The notes: a model not told the origin generated them from the sequence alone. A stretch of DNA of 64,000 bases from Candidatus Omnitrophota bacterium (GCA_003141835.1 PLNR01000008.1:61564-125563); one strand, 5' to 3'. Shown: positions 20,738 to 31,186, counted from the first letter of the stretch. A program made the numbers and translations.

Positions 20738-21265
20738 GTGATGAAAAAAATACTTTTCTTTTTTGTTTTAGCCATTGCCTTGTTTTCTTTGGCTGCTAGC
20801 AGCAGAGGAGAAGAGCAAAGGACTTACATAAGCCCTTATTTAAATTTCACGGTAAATTATCCCCCTTCCTGGCAAGTCAAGGAAATAAGCGGCATGGTAT
20901 TCTTTTTATCTCCGATCGAAGGTAAATCAGATGGTTTCTCAGAAAACGTCGGTGTGATCGTCGAAGACCTGAGTAAAAAACCGATGAGCCTAAATGAGTA
21001 TGAGAAACTTTCGCTTACGAGCGCTCCAAAGCTGATAAAGGATTTTAAATTGATGGCAAATAATAGCGTTAAAATGGACGGCGAGACGGCCTATTCTTTG
21101 ATCTATTCAGGTATGGATCAAAGCAGGAGCCTTAAATACAAGTCATACACATTTATCACGGATTCAAAGGCGTATACCTTAACTTATTCAGCCGAAGAGA
21201 AGAATTACGATAAATACCTGAATCAGGCTGAGCTCGTAATGAAGTCTATTAAAATAGCGCATTAA
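20738..21265 (+). CDS. secreted hypothetical protein
   Basis: Signal peptide. Confidence 0.45.
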   Translation: MMKKILFFFVLAIALFSLAASSRGEEQRTYISPYLNFTVNYPPSWQVKEISGMVFFLSPIEGKSDGFSENVGVIVEDLSKKPMSLNEYEKLSLTSAPKLIKDFKLMANNSVKMDGETAYSLIYSGMDQSRSLKYKSYTFITDSKAYTLTYSAEEKNYDKYLNQAELVMKSIKIAH

Positions 21266-21369
21266 TACCTGTCTGCAGGGCCTACCAAGAGCTTAAAAAT
21301 CAAGTAAAAAAGCAAATATTTCCTCTTGAAATAATCTCAATTAATGGTACATTAGAGTATCTTCGAAAC

Positions 21370-21951
21370 GTGATGAAAAATATGAAAAAATCAACTATAT
21401 TAATAATCGCAATTCTGCTAATGAGCCCTGCGGCGGCAAGCGCCAATCTGCTGGTCAACCCGGGATTTGAGACGGGTAATTTCAGCGGGTGGACTCGCTA
21501 CGCTTTTGGTTCTGAAAATGTTTCAAATGCAAACCCTCACGCGGGCCAGTATGAGGCAAGGATAACTAACTATGGATGGATAACCCAAACCGTCAATTTA
21601 ACGCCGAATGCCACCTACAAATTGTCTTCATACCTGTATATGCCGCAAGACGGCGGTGACGCGTCGATCTCCATAACATTTTATAACGCTGCCGGCACGA
21701 CTTCCTTCCAACAGGAACGTTCCTGGCAGCGGATCCCGGGAGACGCGCAATACGATAAGATAGAGACGGACTGGCTGGTTGCCCCCAGCTATACCGCTTA
21801 TGCCAAGGTACAGTGCTCTGTCGCTTCAGCCGGCAGTTATATAGACTTCGATGACGTCAGCCTCGACGTTATTCCCGAACCGAGCTCACTCCTACTGTTA
21901 CTCTCCGCCCTGACAGGATTATTTGGTTTCAAATTGACTGACCCTTCCTAA
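21370..21951 (+). CDS. PEP-CTERM domain secreted protein
   Basis: C-terminal IPEPSSLLLLLSALTGLFGF (PEP followed by a TM helix); signal peptide. Confidence 0.65.
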   Translation: MMKNMKKSTILIIAILLMSPAAASANLLVNPGFETGNFSGWTRYAFGSENVSNANPHAGQYEARITNYGWITQTVNLTPNATYKLSSYLYMPQDGGDASISITFYNAAGTTSFQQERSWQRIPGDAQYDKIETDWLVAPSYTAYAKVQCSVASAGSYIDFDDVSLDVIPEPSSLLLLLSALTGLFGFKLTDPS

Positions 21952-21985
21952 ATAATATCGTTCTCCTTGGATAACGGGAGAGTTT

Positions 21986-22024
21986 AATGGTTGTGATCGA
22001 TACATCGATCACAACCATTTTTAT
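21986..22024 (+). terminator. perfect 16-bp inverted repeat plus T-run after the PEP-CTERM gene
   Basis: AATGGTTGTGATCGAT-ac-ATCGATCACAACCATT followed by TTTTTA. Confidence 0.55.
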
Positions 22025-22123
22025 GTGTCGATGCGCCAAAGAACTAGGGCATTAAGTTTTAAATATAATTACATTTAATAAAACTTAAGTGATATAATAC
22101 CCTAAATATAAGGAGACGTCGGG

Positions 22124-24958
22124 ATGAAGAAATTTCTTTCAGCTATTGCAGCCTTATCAATGGTCTGCTTGCTTTCGGCGCCTGTATTCGCGGCAATTAT
22201 CATCAAAGCCGATACGAACAAGATGAACTTGGAAGTGGACTGGGGTGGCACCGCACCCAGTATTACCAACATCGGCACTTTTGATGCTACGATATCGGCT
22301 GGAAATGAAAATCCTGTGTATCTGGGCGCGCCCATTTCGCTCAAAGGGCTCGTATTTGCCGGTACTCTCCATGGCAATGTTCTTGTGGAAGCCGACGGCC
22401 ACACCCTGACGCTTGATTCCGCCGGCATAGACATGACTGCCGCTAATAAAGACGTAACCATCAACAGCGCAATAATATTGAATGCGGCTCAGGCTGACGA
22501 CGTCGCCGCCGGCCGAACCCTTACACTGATGAATATAATCAACGGAGGTAACACGCTGACGGTGCAAGGGGATGGCAATACCGCGATTAACGGCACCCTA
22601 GGTAACGGCGCGGGCGGCGTGATCAAGACCGGTAACGGAGCTCTTTCTTTGAACAATAGCAACACCTATTCCGGCACAACGACTCTTAACGCAGGCACTC
22701 TGCAAGTCGGAGCGGACAGCGTCGGAAGAGTGGGCGCGATCACGAGCAGCGCGGTCGGCACAGGAGTTTTGGCCCTCAGCGGAGGAAAGATATCATCCGA
22801 CGGCACAACGGCGCGCACGCTCTATAATCCCGTCACTATCGGCAACAGTTTTGTTACCTTGGGCGACGCCGTCAATAACGGCAAGCTGACCTTTAGCGCG
22901 GCTGTGAACCTGGGGCTCCTAGGAGGCACCGCCTTCCTGACGACCGCAAGCGACGTAGAGTTTGACGGCGCTATTTCAGGGTTCAACGGCCTGGCGAAAG
23001 ATGGCGCAGGCACCCTTACTTTAAAAGGCGCTAATACCTATACCGGCGAGACGCATCTCGAGGTAGGCACTCTGCAAGTCGGAGGGGACAGCGTAGGAGG
23101 AGTGGGCGCGATCACGAGCAGCGCGGTCGGCACGGGACTTTTACACCTCAGCGGAGGAAAGATATCATCCGACGGCACAACGGCGCGCACGCTCTTGAAT
23201 TCCGTCTCTTTCAGCGGCGATGTTACCTTTGGCGACGCCGTTAATAACGGCAAGCTGACCTTTAGCGCGGCTGCGAGCCTGGGCATAAGAGACCGCATCC
23301 TGACGACCGCAAGCGACGTAGAGTTTGACGGCGCTATTTCAGGGCTAGGGAGCGGCCTGACTAAACTTGGCGCAGGCACCCTTACTTTAACCGGCAACAA
23401 CACCTATACCGGGGCCACTGCGATAAACGCAGGAACAGTGGTTGCCGGCAATGCCAACGCCCTCGGCAACGGATCGGCTGTTACAGTCGGAGCCGGCGGT
23501 ACCCTTGATGTCGGCACTACCAATGTCACCGTTAATAATAACTATACCCAGAATGGAACTCTAAAGGTGACGGTTGCGAGCCCGTCATCTTCAGGTAAAA
23601 TAACATCCAACGCTCCTGCGGTCGTAGCCGCAACGAGCAGCGTAAATGTTACGGTCGCGAGCAGCTCGTTTATCCCAAATAAGACCACATATACAATAAT
23701 AGACGGCGCGGCAGGCGCCGGCGTAAACGTTCCCGGCACGATCACGTCAAGCGATCCGCGCCTGACTTTCTCAGGCTTAAGCTTAAACGGCGCCCTTATT
23801 TTAACTGTAGACCGTTCCGCAAGCGGTTTCTCCAGCTTATCCACGAATTCTAATGCGGCTGCCGTCGGTGCGGTCCTTGATAATATCACAAACCCGTCAA
23901 CAGACATGACGACCGTCTTAAATACACTCGAAGGACTGAGCAATTCCCAGACAGCCTCAGCCCTTGATACCGTCACACCAACTGTCGACAACGGCGTGAC
24001 CAATGTCAGCAACACCTCGATCATCCAGTTCATCGGGACATCTACCGACAGGTTAGAGGGGCTCTATGCCCAGGCTCATAGCGAAGAGACCGGTGTATCA
24101 ACCGGAAGCAAAGGACGTAACGGCTTTGAAGCATGGGGCAGGGGCTTCGGCGAATACGCCCACCAGGACCCGCGCGGCCTAAGTAACGGTTATCACGCCA
24201 CCATCTGGGGCACGGCCATCGGAGGAGACCTCCCGATCTTTAACGACAGGGCCCGCTTAGGTGTTAGCGGAGGCTATGCGGCATCCGACATAAACTCTAA
24301 GGATAACAGCGGCGCAACCGATATCAACAGCTATCAGTCGGCCTTCTACGGCGGCTACATCGACCCGGCAAAGCCCTACTACATAAACGGCGCATTCTCC
24401 TTTGCCTATAACACATACCGCGGCAAGAGAAATATCGATGTAGGCGCAATTAGAAGGATAGCCAACTCCAGCTATAGAGGCCAGCAGTATTCGGTCTTAC
24501 TCGACGGCGGGTATACTTTCAAGACCAAACAAGTCAATATAACCCCGCTAGCCTCGCTTCAATACATCCACCTGCACATTCAGAGCTACACAGAAACAGG
24601 CGCCGATGCGTTGAACTTAAGCGTGGCTAGCCAGGATTACGACATGCTCCAGTCCGGCCTTGGTGCAAAGTTCGACCGTCCATTCGAAGTTGCCTACGGA
24701 ACGATAATCCCGGAAGTCCACGCCAAATGGCTCTATGACTTCATAGCCGACAAACAGGCCACCACATCCACCTTCTCAGGCGGCGGCGGCTCATTTGCAA
24801 CAAACGGCTTTACTCCCGCCCGCAACGCCTTAGACGTCGGGGGAAGGCTGGCGTTGGTCACAAAAGGCAACTGGAGCTTCGACGCCAACTACGACTTCGA
24901 ATACAAACAGGACTTTACTTCCCATACGGGATGGGCTGATGTAAGGTATAGTTTCTAG
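22124..24958 (+). CDS. autotransporter with PATR (GTLTL...NTYTG) passenger repeats and C-terminal beta-barrel translocator
   Basis: Signal peptide; repeated GAGTLTLxGxNTYTGxTxxxAGTL units; the C-terminal ~300 aa have a beta-barrel pattern ending in F. Confidence 0.75.
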   Translation: MKKFLSAIAALSMVCLLSAPVFAAIIIKADTNKMNLEVDWGGTAPSITNIGTFDATISAGNENPVYLGAPISLKGLVFAGTLHGNVLVEADGHTLTLDSAGIDMTAANKDVTINSAIILNAAQADDVAAGRTLTLMNIINGGNTLTVQGDGNTAINGTLGNGAGGVIKTGNGALSLNNSNTYSGTTTLNAGTLQVGADSVGRVGAITSSAVGTGVLALSGGKISSDGTTARTLYNPVTIGNSFVTLGDAVNNGKLTFSAAVNLGLLGGTAFLTTASDVEFDGAISGFNGLAKDGAGTLTLKGANTYTGETHLEVGTLQVGGDSVGGVGAITSSAVGTGLLHLSGGKISSDGTTARTLLNSVSFSGDVTFGDAVNNGKLTFSAAASLGIRDRILTTASDVEFDGAISGLGSGLTKLGAGTLTLTGNNTYTGATAINAGTVVAGNANALGNGSAVTVGAGGTLDVGTTNVTVNNNYTQNGTLKVTVASPSSSGKITSNAPAVVAATSSVNVTVASSSFIPNKTTYTIIDGAAGAGVNVPGTITSSDPRLTFSGLSLNGALILTVDRSASGFSSLSTNSNAAAVGAVLDNITNPSTDMTTVLNTLEGLSNSQTASALDTVTPTVDNGVTNVSNTSIIQFIGTSTDRLEGLYAQAHSEETGVSTGSKGRNGFEAWGRGFGEYAHQDPRGLSNGYHATIWGTAIGGDLPIFNDRARLGVSGGYAASDINSKDNSGATDINSYQSAFYGGYIDPAKPYYINGAFSFAYNTYRGKRNIDVGAIRRIANSSYRGQQYSVLLDGGYTFKTKQVNITPLASLQYIHLHIQSYTETGADALNLSVASQDYDMLQSGLGAKFDRPFEVAYGTIIPEVHAKWLYDFIADKQATTSTFSGGGGSFATNGFTPARNALDVGGRLALVTKGNWSFDANYDFEYKQDFTSHTGWADVRYSF
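22695..23438 (+). repeat. internal ~372-bp tandem duplication within the first autotransporter
   Basis: ggcactctgcaagtcgga... unit recurs at 22695 and 23067 at near identity. Confidence 0.7.
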
Positions 24959-24978
24959 AAGGGAAGGGCAAGGCTGAT

Positions 24979-25203
24979 ATGTGGTTTTTGCTGTTAATGC
25001 CCCTGGTTATCATGATAGCCGGCTTAGTGATATTCATTAAGCCGGCTTTTTGCATCGAATTCCAGAAGAAGTTCTACGCCAAAATTAATTGGCGCATGGA
25101 ACCCATTAATATGGAAATGGAGATCAGGAATACGAAAATCATGGGCTTGTTCCTGATTGGTGCCGCGATAGCAACGATTATCTATTTCTTAGTTAAGGGA
25201 TGA
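24979..25203 (+). CDS. small 2-TM membrane protein; duplicated as the C-terminus of 33437..34072
   Basis: 74 aa; about 80% nucleotide identity to 33860-34075. Confidence 0.5.
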   Translation: MWFLLLMPLVIMIAGLVIFIKPAFCIEFQKKFYAKINWRMEPINMEMEIRNTKIMGLFLIGAAIATIIYFLVKG

Positions 25204-28200
25204 TAATGAAAAAGGTCATCACCTACGTAGCGCTTACATTCCTTTTTATCGCAATACTGTCTTGTAGTTCCCTATTGTGTTGCCGCGCCTATTGTGCCGA
25301 TACCTGGTCATTCGCTGTCATAGGAGACACACGGGACAATGACCCAACTACTACAGGCGTGAGCCAATATCTGCCCGCGATAGCTTCTGCAATGGCCAAT
25401 CCTTCTTCTGTTATCTCCGGCGCAATTACGCCATCCGCGGCCTTCGTTAACGGCGATCTCGTAAACGGCGATAGCGCATTTTACCTCGACTACTCAACCC
25501 AATTCGCGAATTGGAAGACTGCCATGGCGCCACTTGGCAGCATACCCATATACACAGTGCGCGGCAATCACGAAAATGAAGTAACCGATTTATTGCCTAC
25601 GAGCGAAACCTTAAAGACGGCGTATTATAATGCCTTTGGGCCAACCGTTCCCCAGAACGGCCCGAATAACGGCCCAAATGATGACGAGGTGGGATTTACC
25701 TGGAACCTTTCCAGCCTTGACAGCCATATTAACCAAAAATATGTCCGCGTGATCGGGGTGGACCAATACTTTTATTATAATTCAACCGCGCAAGGCACTA
25801 GTCACTATTATCAGATAGACCAGGCGTGGCTGGATCAACAACTTATTCATTCGCCGCCCACGCGGTATACTTTCGTTATGGCTCATGAACCGTCATATTA
25901 TCTGGATAGCGGGGGCGACAATCCTGAGGGCGACTTTTATGGCACTACAAATCCGGATGGTAGTGCAAATCCGGCAGGGGTAGCTGCTCGCGGTGCATTC
26001 TGGAATTCCCTCGGCTCTAACGGCGTAAAGATGTATTTGTGTTGTCATGTGCACAATCTGCAGGTCGGCTATGCTTATGACAGCAATGGAAATAAAATTT
26101 ACCAGAACATGGCAGGTAATGGCGGCGCGCCGTTTGCATCGGCGGGCGCGACGGATCCAAACTTAACAGTCGCCTTTCAGGATTTTTCAGATTATGGATT
26201 TGCCCTTTATACGGTAACCAAAGATAACATCACTATTAACTATTACCTATACAATCCCACTTCGCTTACGTGGAGTATTTCTCCTTATTCCATTACCTTA
26301 GCGGCTGATCCCGTTAATACATGGAATACGACTTCAGGGAACTTTTCCACCGGTACCAATTGGGATATCGGCACTGCGCCGGGTGCAGGGGATACAGCGG
26401 TTTTCAACAACGGCGGCAGCGCGCCATCATCAGTTACTTTTGCGGACGGCAGCGCCACCACTAACAACAAATTGTTTGTAGCCAGCGGCGCGGTTACCTT
26501 CAACCTGGGAAACAACTCTTCATACACAGCAACTACCAGCGCAGCCATAGACGGCAGCTCGGATCCCACCTATCAGCCAAGCCTTGAGATAAAGGGAACC
26601 AATGGTTCAAGTTTTAATACGCCTTTACTGACGATGGACGGGGTTTCATCGTTTAAAGTGGATCCGGGAGCCTCTGCTACTTGCACTACAATTGATATTC
26701 AAGGCGGGACTGCCACTGTTGGAGGGGGAGGAGGTAATATAACGGTGACCAATCTTGTTGTTGACGGCGGCACCTTAGATATCCAATCGTTCGATCAGGC
26801 CGCCAACAATGTCCAGATGACCGGCGGCGCTATCACCGGTACAACTGGAATACTAACCAGCCTGAGTGCGTTCGATATGCAGGCAGGTACAGCCTCCGCC
26901 GTTCTCGCTGGTACGCATGGCCTGAATAAGACTACGGCCGGGACGGTGACGCTCTCCGGGGCCAACACATATTCAGGATTAACGACGATCTCCTCCGGCG
27001 CGTTATCCATTGCCGGCACGAATTCCTTGCCGGGTTGGAACACCAATGGCAGCTATAGTGTTGCCAATGGCGCGACTCTGGCGGTAGGGGATGGCGTGAG
27101 CGAAGCCAATGTTGGCGCCATTGGTACCCCACTCACCATACTAAACACTTCCAACTTCGCAGCCGGAGCGAACATAGGTTTAGATACCTCGGCAGGCAAC
27201 AGGAATTATGCTTCCGTTATCGGGAACACTTCGAACGGCGCGCTGGGTTTAACCAAGATAGGTACCAATACACTTACCCTTTCAGCCACTAACACCTACA
27301 CCGGCGCGACCACGCTGACGGCCGGCACGCTGAGCGCCGGCGCGACCGGAAACCTCGGCGCGGCGGCTTCCAACCTCGTCTTCAACGGCGGTACGCTGCA
27401 GATCACCGGTACGACTTTGACCAATATCTCGGGAATCGGACACACCGTCATAACCAATCCGGGTGAAACCGTCGGGCTGGATATCAACAATGCGGCCAAC
27501 ACATTCACATTCGATCAAGTCCTAAACCAGACGACCGGAGGCCTGACTAAATTGGGCGCGGGCACCTTGGTACTCAATAAAGCCAACACCTACACAGGAG
27601 CCACGACAGTCAGCGCAGGAACGTTACAAGCCGGAGTAGCCGCCCAGGCCTTTGGTAATAACTCGGTCGTGACTTTGAACAATACAGACGGAGGCGGCCT
27701 TAACCTTAATAACTTTAATAATACTATAGGTCCACTCAATGGTGTCGCAACCAGCACCGTCGTCCTCGGTTCAGGGACCCTTATGATCAGCGTCAACGCC
27801 GACACCGACAGAAGCGGTAACTATGTCGGTGTGATTTCAGGAACAGGCGGGCTGACTGTGGCAGGCACATACCCCGGCACACAAGTTTTAACGGGCGCCA
27901 ATTTGTATTCAGGCGTAACCACTATATCCGGCACAAGCACTCTCCAGATCGGTAACGCCGGGACAACAGGCACTCTAGGAACAGGTGCTGTAACAAACAA
28001 TGCTGGGTTGAAGTATAACCGGACTGATGTCGTACCGGCCATAACTAATGTTATCTCAGGAACAGGTACATTTGAACAAGCTGGGACCGGTACCGTAACT
28101 TTAAGAGGCAACAACACCTACACAGGAGCCACGATAGTCAGCGCCGGAACGCTGCAAGCGGATAATGATACTTACTTTGACTCTGTCAAAGGTGTTGGTT

Positions 28201-30011
28201 ATGGGGCTTTTGGTAATCTTTCGGCCGTGACGGTTGCAGTCGGAGCAACGCTGGATGGAAATGGTTATTACCATAATATAGGTTCACTTTCGGGGAGTGG
28301 TAAAGTGACTGAGAGCGATCCGGGCTTCCAATCATCTTTTGTTGTGGGCTGGGACAATTCTTCTACGACCTTTTCTGGAATTATAGAGGATGGCAATGGC
28401 CTAATCGACCTTACTAAAGATGGAAGCGGGACTTTTACTCTTACCGGTGCCAACACATATACCGGAGCTACCGCGATAAACGCAGGAACAGTGGTTGCCG
28501 GTAATGCCAATGCCCTCGGCAACGGATCGGCTGTTACTGTCGGGGCCGGCGGTACTCTCGACGTTGGCACCACCAATGTCACCGTTAATAATACCTATAC
28601 TCAGAACGGGACTCTAAAGGTGACCGTTGCGAGCCCGTCATCTTCCGGTAAGATAACATCCAACGCCAATGCATTTGTAGCCGCAACTAGCAGCGTCAAT
28701 GTCACTGTTGCAAACAGCACCTTCATCCCGAACAACACCACATACACGGTAGTAGACAGTTCAGGCGGAAACAACGTAAACGTCCCCGGCACGATCACAT
28801 CAAGCGATTCGCGTTTGACGTTCTCAGGCATAAGCTCAAACGGAGACCTCATTTTAACAGCTAGCCGCGCCGCAAACGGCTTCTCAAGCTTAGGCACGAA
28901 TTCTAACTCCTCTGCCGTTGGCGCTGTTTTAGATAACATCTCAGCCCCGTCCGGTGATATGTTAACCGTCTTAAATACGCTCGAAGGACTGAGCAATTCG
29001 CAGACAGAGTCAGCCCTTGCCACCTTAGTTCCTGTAGTCGACAGCGGAGTGACCAATGTCAGTAATACCGCCATCAACCAGTTCATGGGGACATCTACCG
29101 ACAGGCTAGGTGGCCTCTTCGCCCAGGCGCATAGCGAAGAGACCGGCGTCTCAACCGGAAGCAAGGGGAGCAGCGGTTTTGAGGCATGGGGCAGGGGATT
29201 CGGTGAATACGCCCACCAGGATCCCAGAGGGCTAAGCAACGGCTATCACGCCACTATCTGGGGCACGGCAATAGGAGCCGATATCCCAATCTTTAACGAC
29301 AAGGCCCGCATAGGCGCCGATGGCGGTTACGCCAGCAGCGGCGTAAATTCAAAAGATAACAGCGGTAAGACCTATATCGACAGCTACCAGTCAACCTTCT
29401 ATGGCGGCTTCACGGATCCCGAGAAACCCTACTACATAAACGGCGCCTTCTCCTTCGCCTATAACACATACAAGGGAAGAAGGAACATAGCCGTAGGCAC
29501 TATCACCAGGACCGCCAACGCAAACTATAAGGGCCAGCAATACTCCGTCTTATTCGACGGCGGATATATCTTTAAGACCAAACAAGTCAATATAACCCCC
29601 ATAGCCTCTATCCAGTACCTGCGCCTAAACCTCCATAGCTACACCGAGACGGGCGCAGATGCTCTCGATTTAAGTGTCAAAGGCCAGGGCTACAACCTAT
29701 TGGAATCCGGCCTGGGCGCAAAGTTCGACCGTCCATTTGAGGTCTCCTACGGCACTATAGCACCCGAGGTCCACGTCCGCTGGTTTTACGATATAATAAC
29801 CGATAAACAATCCACCACGTCTACCTTCGCAGGCGGCGGCGGTTCATTCGCCACCAACGGATTCAATCCCGCGCGCAACGCCTTAAATGTCGGGGGAAAA
29901 ATAGCCCTTCTCACAAAAGGCAACTGGAGCTTTGACGCCAATTACGACTTCGAATACAAACAGGACTTCACTTCCCATACGGGATGGGCGGATATCGCAT
30001 ATAAGTTTTAG
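25200..30011 (+). CDS. giant autotransporter: N-terminal calcineurin-like metallophosphoesterase domain, PATR repeats, C-terminal beta-barrel
   Basis: VRGNHEN and GDxVNGD metallophosphatase motifs; PATR units; C-terminal 520 aa ~87% identical to the preceding autotransporter. Confidence 0.75.
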   Translation: MIMKKVITYVALTFLFIAILSCSSLLCCRAYCADTWSFAVIGDTRDNDPTTTGVSQYLPAIASAMANPSSVISGAITPSAAFVNGDLVNGDSAFYLDYSTQFANWKTAMAPLGSIPIYTVRGNHENEVTDLLPTSETLKTAYYNAFGPTVPQNGPNNGPNDDEVGFTWNLSSLDSHINQKYVRVIGVDQYFYYNSTAQGTSHYYQIDQAWLDQQLIHSPPTRYTFVMAHEPSYYLDSGGDNPEGDFYGTTNPDGSANPAGVAARGAFWNSLGSNGVKMYLCCHVHNLQVGYAYDSNGNKIYQNMAGNGGAPFASAGATDPNLTVAFQDFSDYGFALYTVTKDNITINYYLYNPTSLTWSISPYSITLAADPVNTWNTTSGNFSTGTNWDIGTAPGAGDTAVFNNGGSAPSSVTFADGSATTNNKLFVASGAVTFNLGNNSSYTATTSAAIDGSSDPTYQPSLEIKGTNGSSFNTPLLTMDGVSSFKVDPGASATCTTIDIQGGTATVGGGGGNITVTNLVVDGGTLDIQSFDQAANNVQMTGGAITGTTGILTSLSAFDMQAGTASAVLAGTHGLNKTTAGTVTLSGANTYSGLTTISSGALSIAGTNSLPGWNTNGSYSVANGATLAVGDGVSEANVGAIGTPLTILNTSNFAAGANIGLDTSAGNRNYASVIGNTSNGALGLTKIGTNTLTLSATNTYTGATTLTAGTLSAGATGNLGAAASNLVFNGGTLQITGTTLTNISGIGHTVITNPGETVGLDINNAANTFTFDQVLNQTTGGLTKLGAGTLVLNKANTYTGATTVSAGTLQAGVAAQAFGNNSVVTLNNTDGGGLNLNNFNNTIGPLNGVATSTVVLGSGTLMISVNADTDRSGNYVGVISGTGGLTVAGTYPGTQVLTGANLYSGVTTISGTSTLQIGNAGTTGTLGTGAVTNNAGLKYNRTDVVPAITNVISGTGTFEQAGTGTVTLRGNNTYTGATIVSAGTLQADNDTYFDSVKGVGYGAFGNLSAVTVAVGATLDGNGYYHNIGSLSGSGKVTESDPGFQSSFVVGWDNSSTTFSGIIEDGNGLIDLTKDGSGTFTLTGANTYTGATAINAGTVVAGNANALGNGSAVTVGAGGTLDVGTTNVTVNNTYTQNGTLKVTVASPSSSGKITSNANAFVAATSSVNVTVANSTFIPNNTTYTVVDSSGGNNVNVPGTITSSDSRLTFSGISSNGDLILTASRAANGFSSLGTNSNSSAVGAVLDNISAPSGDMLTVLNTLEGLSNSQTESALATLVPVVDSGVTNVSNTAINQFMGTSTDRLGGLFAQAHSEETGVSTGSKGSSGFEAWGRGFGEYAHQDPRGLSNGYHATIWGTAIGADIPIFNDKARIGADGGYASSGVNSKDNSGKTYIDSYQSTFYGGFTDPEKPYYINGAFSFAYNTYKGRRNIAVGTITRTANANYKGQQYSVLFDGGYIFKTKQVNITPIASIQYLRLNLHSYTETGADALDLSVKGQGYNLLESGLGAKFDRPFEVSYGTIAPEVHVRWFYDIITDKQSTTSTFAGGGGSFATNGFNPARNALNVGGKIALLTKGNWSFDANYDFEYKQDFTSHTGWADIAYKF
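28440..30011 (+). repeat. ~1.57 kb repeat, copy 2 of the autotransporter C-terminal region (copy 1 at 23389..24958)
   Basis: Long colinear near-identical DNA, about 87-90% identity. Confidence 0.85.
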
Positions 30012-30034
30012 TATATAAAAGGTGAGTTGATAGC

Positions 30035-30364
30035 ATGAGGATCTGGGATATAGCGCCCGGAAGGTTATGCCGCAACCATCTCTTGGGCGAGCACAGGGAA
30101 CTCCACGCCATCTGGTCTGTCCTGACGCGCAACAAGAAGGGGTATTCCCGCCATCCCGAGACCTTAAGGTGGAAGGGCAGGTTAAAGGCGCTGTATTCAA
30201 GGCACACGAAGCTCGTCAACGAACTTAAACGGCGTGGCTACCTCCACCACAGCCCTCTTGATTCCCGGCTGGCGAAAGGGAAGGGGAGGCAGACGCGGTT
30301 CGTCAATTCAGTCGGCGAACAGATCAAGATTTTGAGCAGGAAAAACTGCGGCTGTAAGATTTAA
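30035..30364 (+). CDS. pyrimidine-dimer DNA glycosylase (T4 endonuclease V-like) family protein, putative
   Basis: N-terminal MRIWDIAPGRLCRNHLLGEHRELHAIW resembles T4 DenV MTRINLTLV...HLMAEYRELPRV. Confidence 0.5.
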   Translation: MRIWDIAPGRLCRNHLLGEHRELHAIWSVLTRNKKGYSRHPETLRWKGRLKALYSRHTKLVNELKRRGYLHHSPLDSRLAKGKGRQTRFVNSVGEQIKILSRKNCGCKI

Positions 30365-30377
30365 TAGGTAAGGCCAT

Positions 30378-30465
30378 TAAAATAATCATAACCCTCTGCG
30401 ATTATAACTGTTGCAGGGGATTTTTATTAAGAGTAGAATTAATCCTAACGAGGCGTTCCAAAGTT
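30378..30465 (+). repeat. direct repeat A (~85 bp, includes a terminator hairpin) after the glycosylase-like gene
   Basis: taaaataatcataaccctctgcgattataactgttgcaggggatttttattaagagtagaattaatcctaacgagg; about 92% identical to repeat B. Confidence 0.8.
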
Positions 30466-30520
30466 ACTCGCTCCAAGAATTAATTTCATTGGTTACGGAG
30501 AAGAGGAGATTTAGAAAATT

Positions 30521-31057
30521 ATGAAATACGTGACCGCTATGTTCGATTGGATAATGAGAAATAAGGAATGGATCTTTAGCGGTGTTGGAGTCGTGCTCAT
30601 AGGGTGGTTGGTCTTGGCGGTGCGCAGGTTTTTATTCATGCGACGAACTTCAAGTTCGTTGATTGAAGGGGCGACTCTTAGAGAAATAATCGAGAGTCCT
30701 GCGGTTGTGTCATCATCCGACATCGCCAACTTAACTTCTTCTCTTACCCCGAAGCAAATCATTGAAAATATAAAGGCTCTTCCGCTCCTCCAACAGCAGG
30801 ATGCCGGCAAACACTATATTGGTCTTGCTGTGAAATGGGATGGAGAGCTTGCCGATGCGAGGAAAATAGCTGAGAATTCGGTACAACTTTATATCTTACA
30901 CGGCTCAAGCAGTACAGGCTTTTTTTTAAAGGTTAACCCAAGCGACTATCCTGGGCTTAGTCTTCTAAAGAAAGGGGCTCATGTTGAGGTAGATGGCCTG
31001 ATTGAGGAAGCAGGAGCAATGTGGGTGACGCTTAATAACGCGCACATTCGCTTTTAG
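30521..31057 (+). CDS. hypothetical protein with N-terminal TM anchor
   Basis: 178 aa, low GC, one TM helix, then a soluble domain. Confidence 0.5.
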   Translation: MKYVTAMFDWIMRNKEWIFSGVGVVLIGWLVLAVRRFLFMRRTSSSLIEGATLREIIESPAVVSSSDIANLTSSLTPKQIIENIKALPLLQQQDAGKHYIGLAVKWDGELADARKIAENSVQLYILHGSSSTGFFLKVNPSDYPGLSLLKKGAHVEVDGLIEEAGAMWVTLNNAHIRF

Positions 31058-31087
31058 TATTTACTCAGCACATTATTTATGTAGGGC

Positions 31088-31150
31088 AATAAGGGACGTG
31101 TCAAAAAGGGACAGGTCGCATAAACAGAGTGTCCCAAAGTGACACGTCTC
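31088..31150 (+). promoter_or_regulatory. nested-palindrome leader element, copy 1
   Basis: GGACGTGTCA-aaaa-GGGACAG-N15-TGTCCC-aaag-TGACACGTC, preceded by TAATAAGG; ends about 35 nt before the RBS of 31187. Confidence 0.6.
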
Positions 31151-31186
31151 CGAAAAACCCATACCTTGGCATAAAGGAGGTGCTTA

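Noticed and set aside
22157-29239. Multiple 60-210-aa minus-strand ORFs inside the autotransporter genes
   Set aside because: They are encoded opposite the Gly/Thr-rich repeats. Pro/Val-rich mirror translations with no start context.
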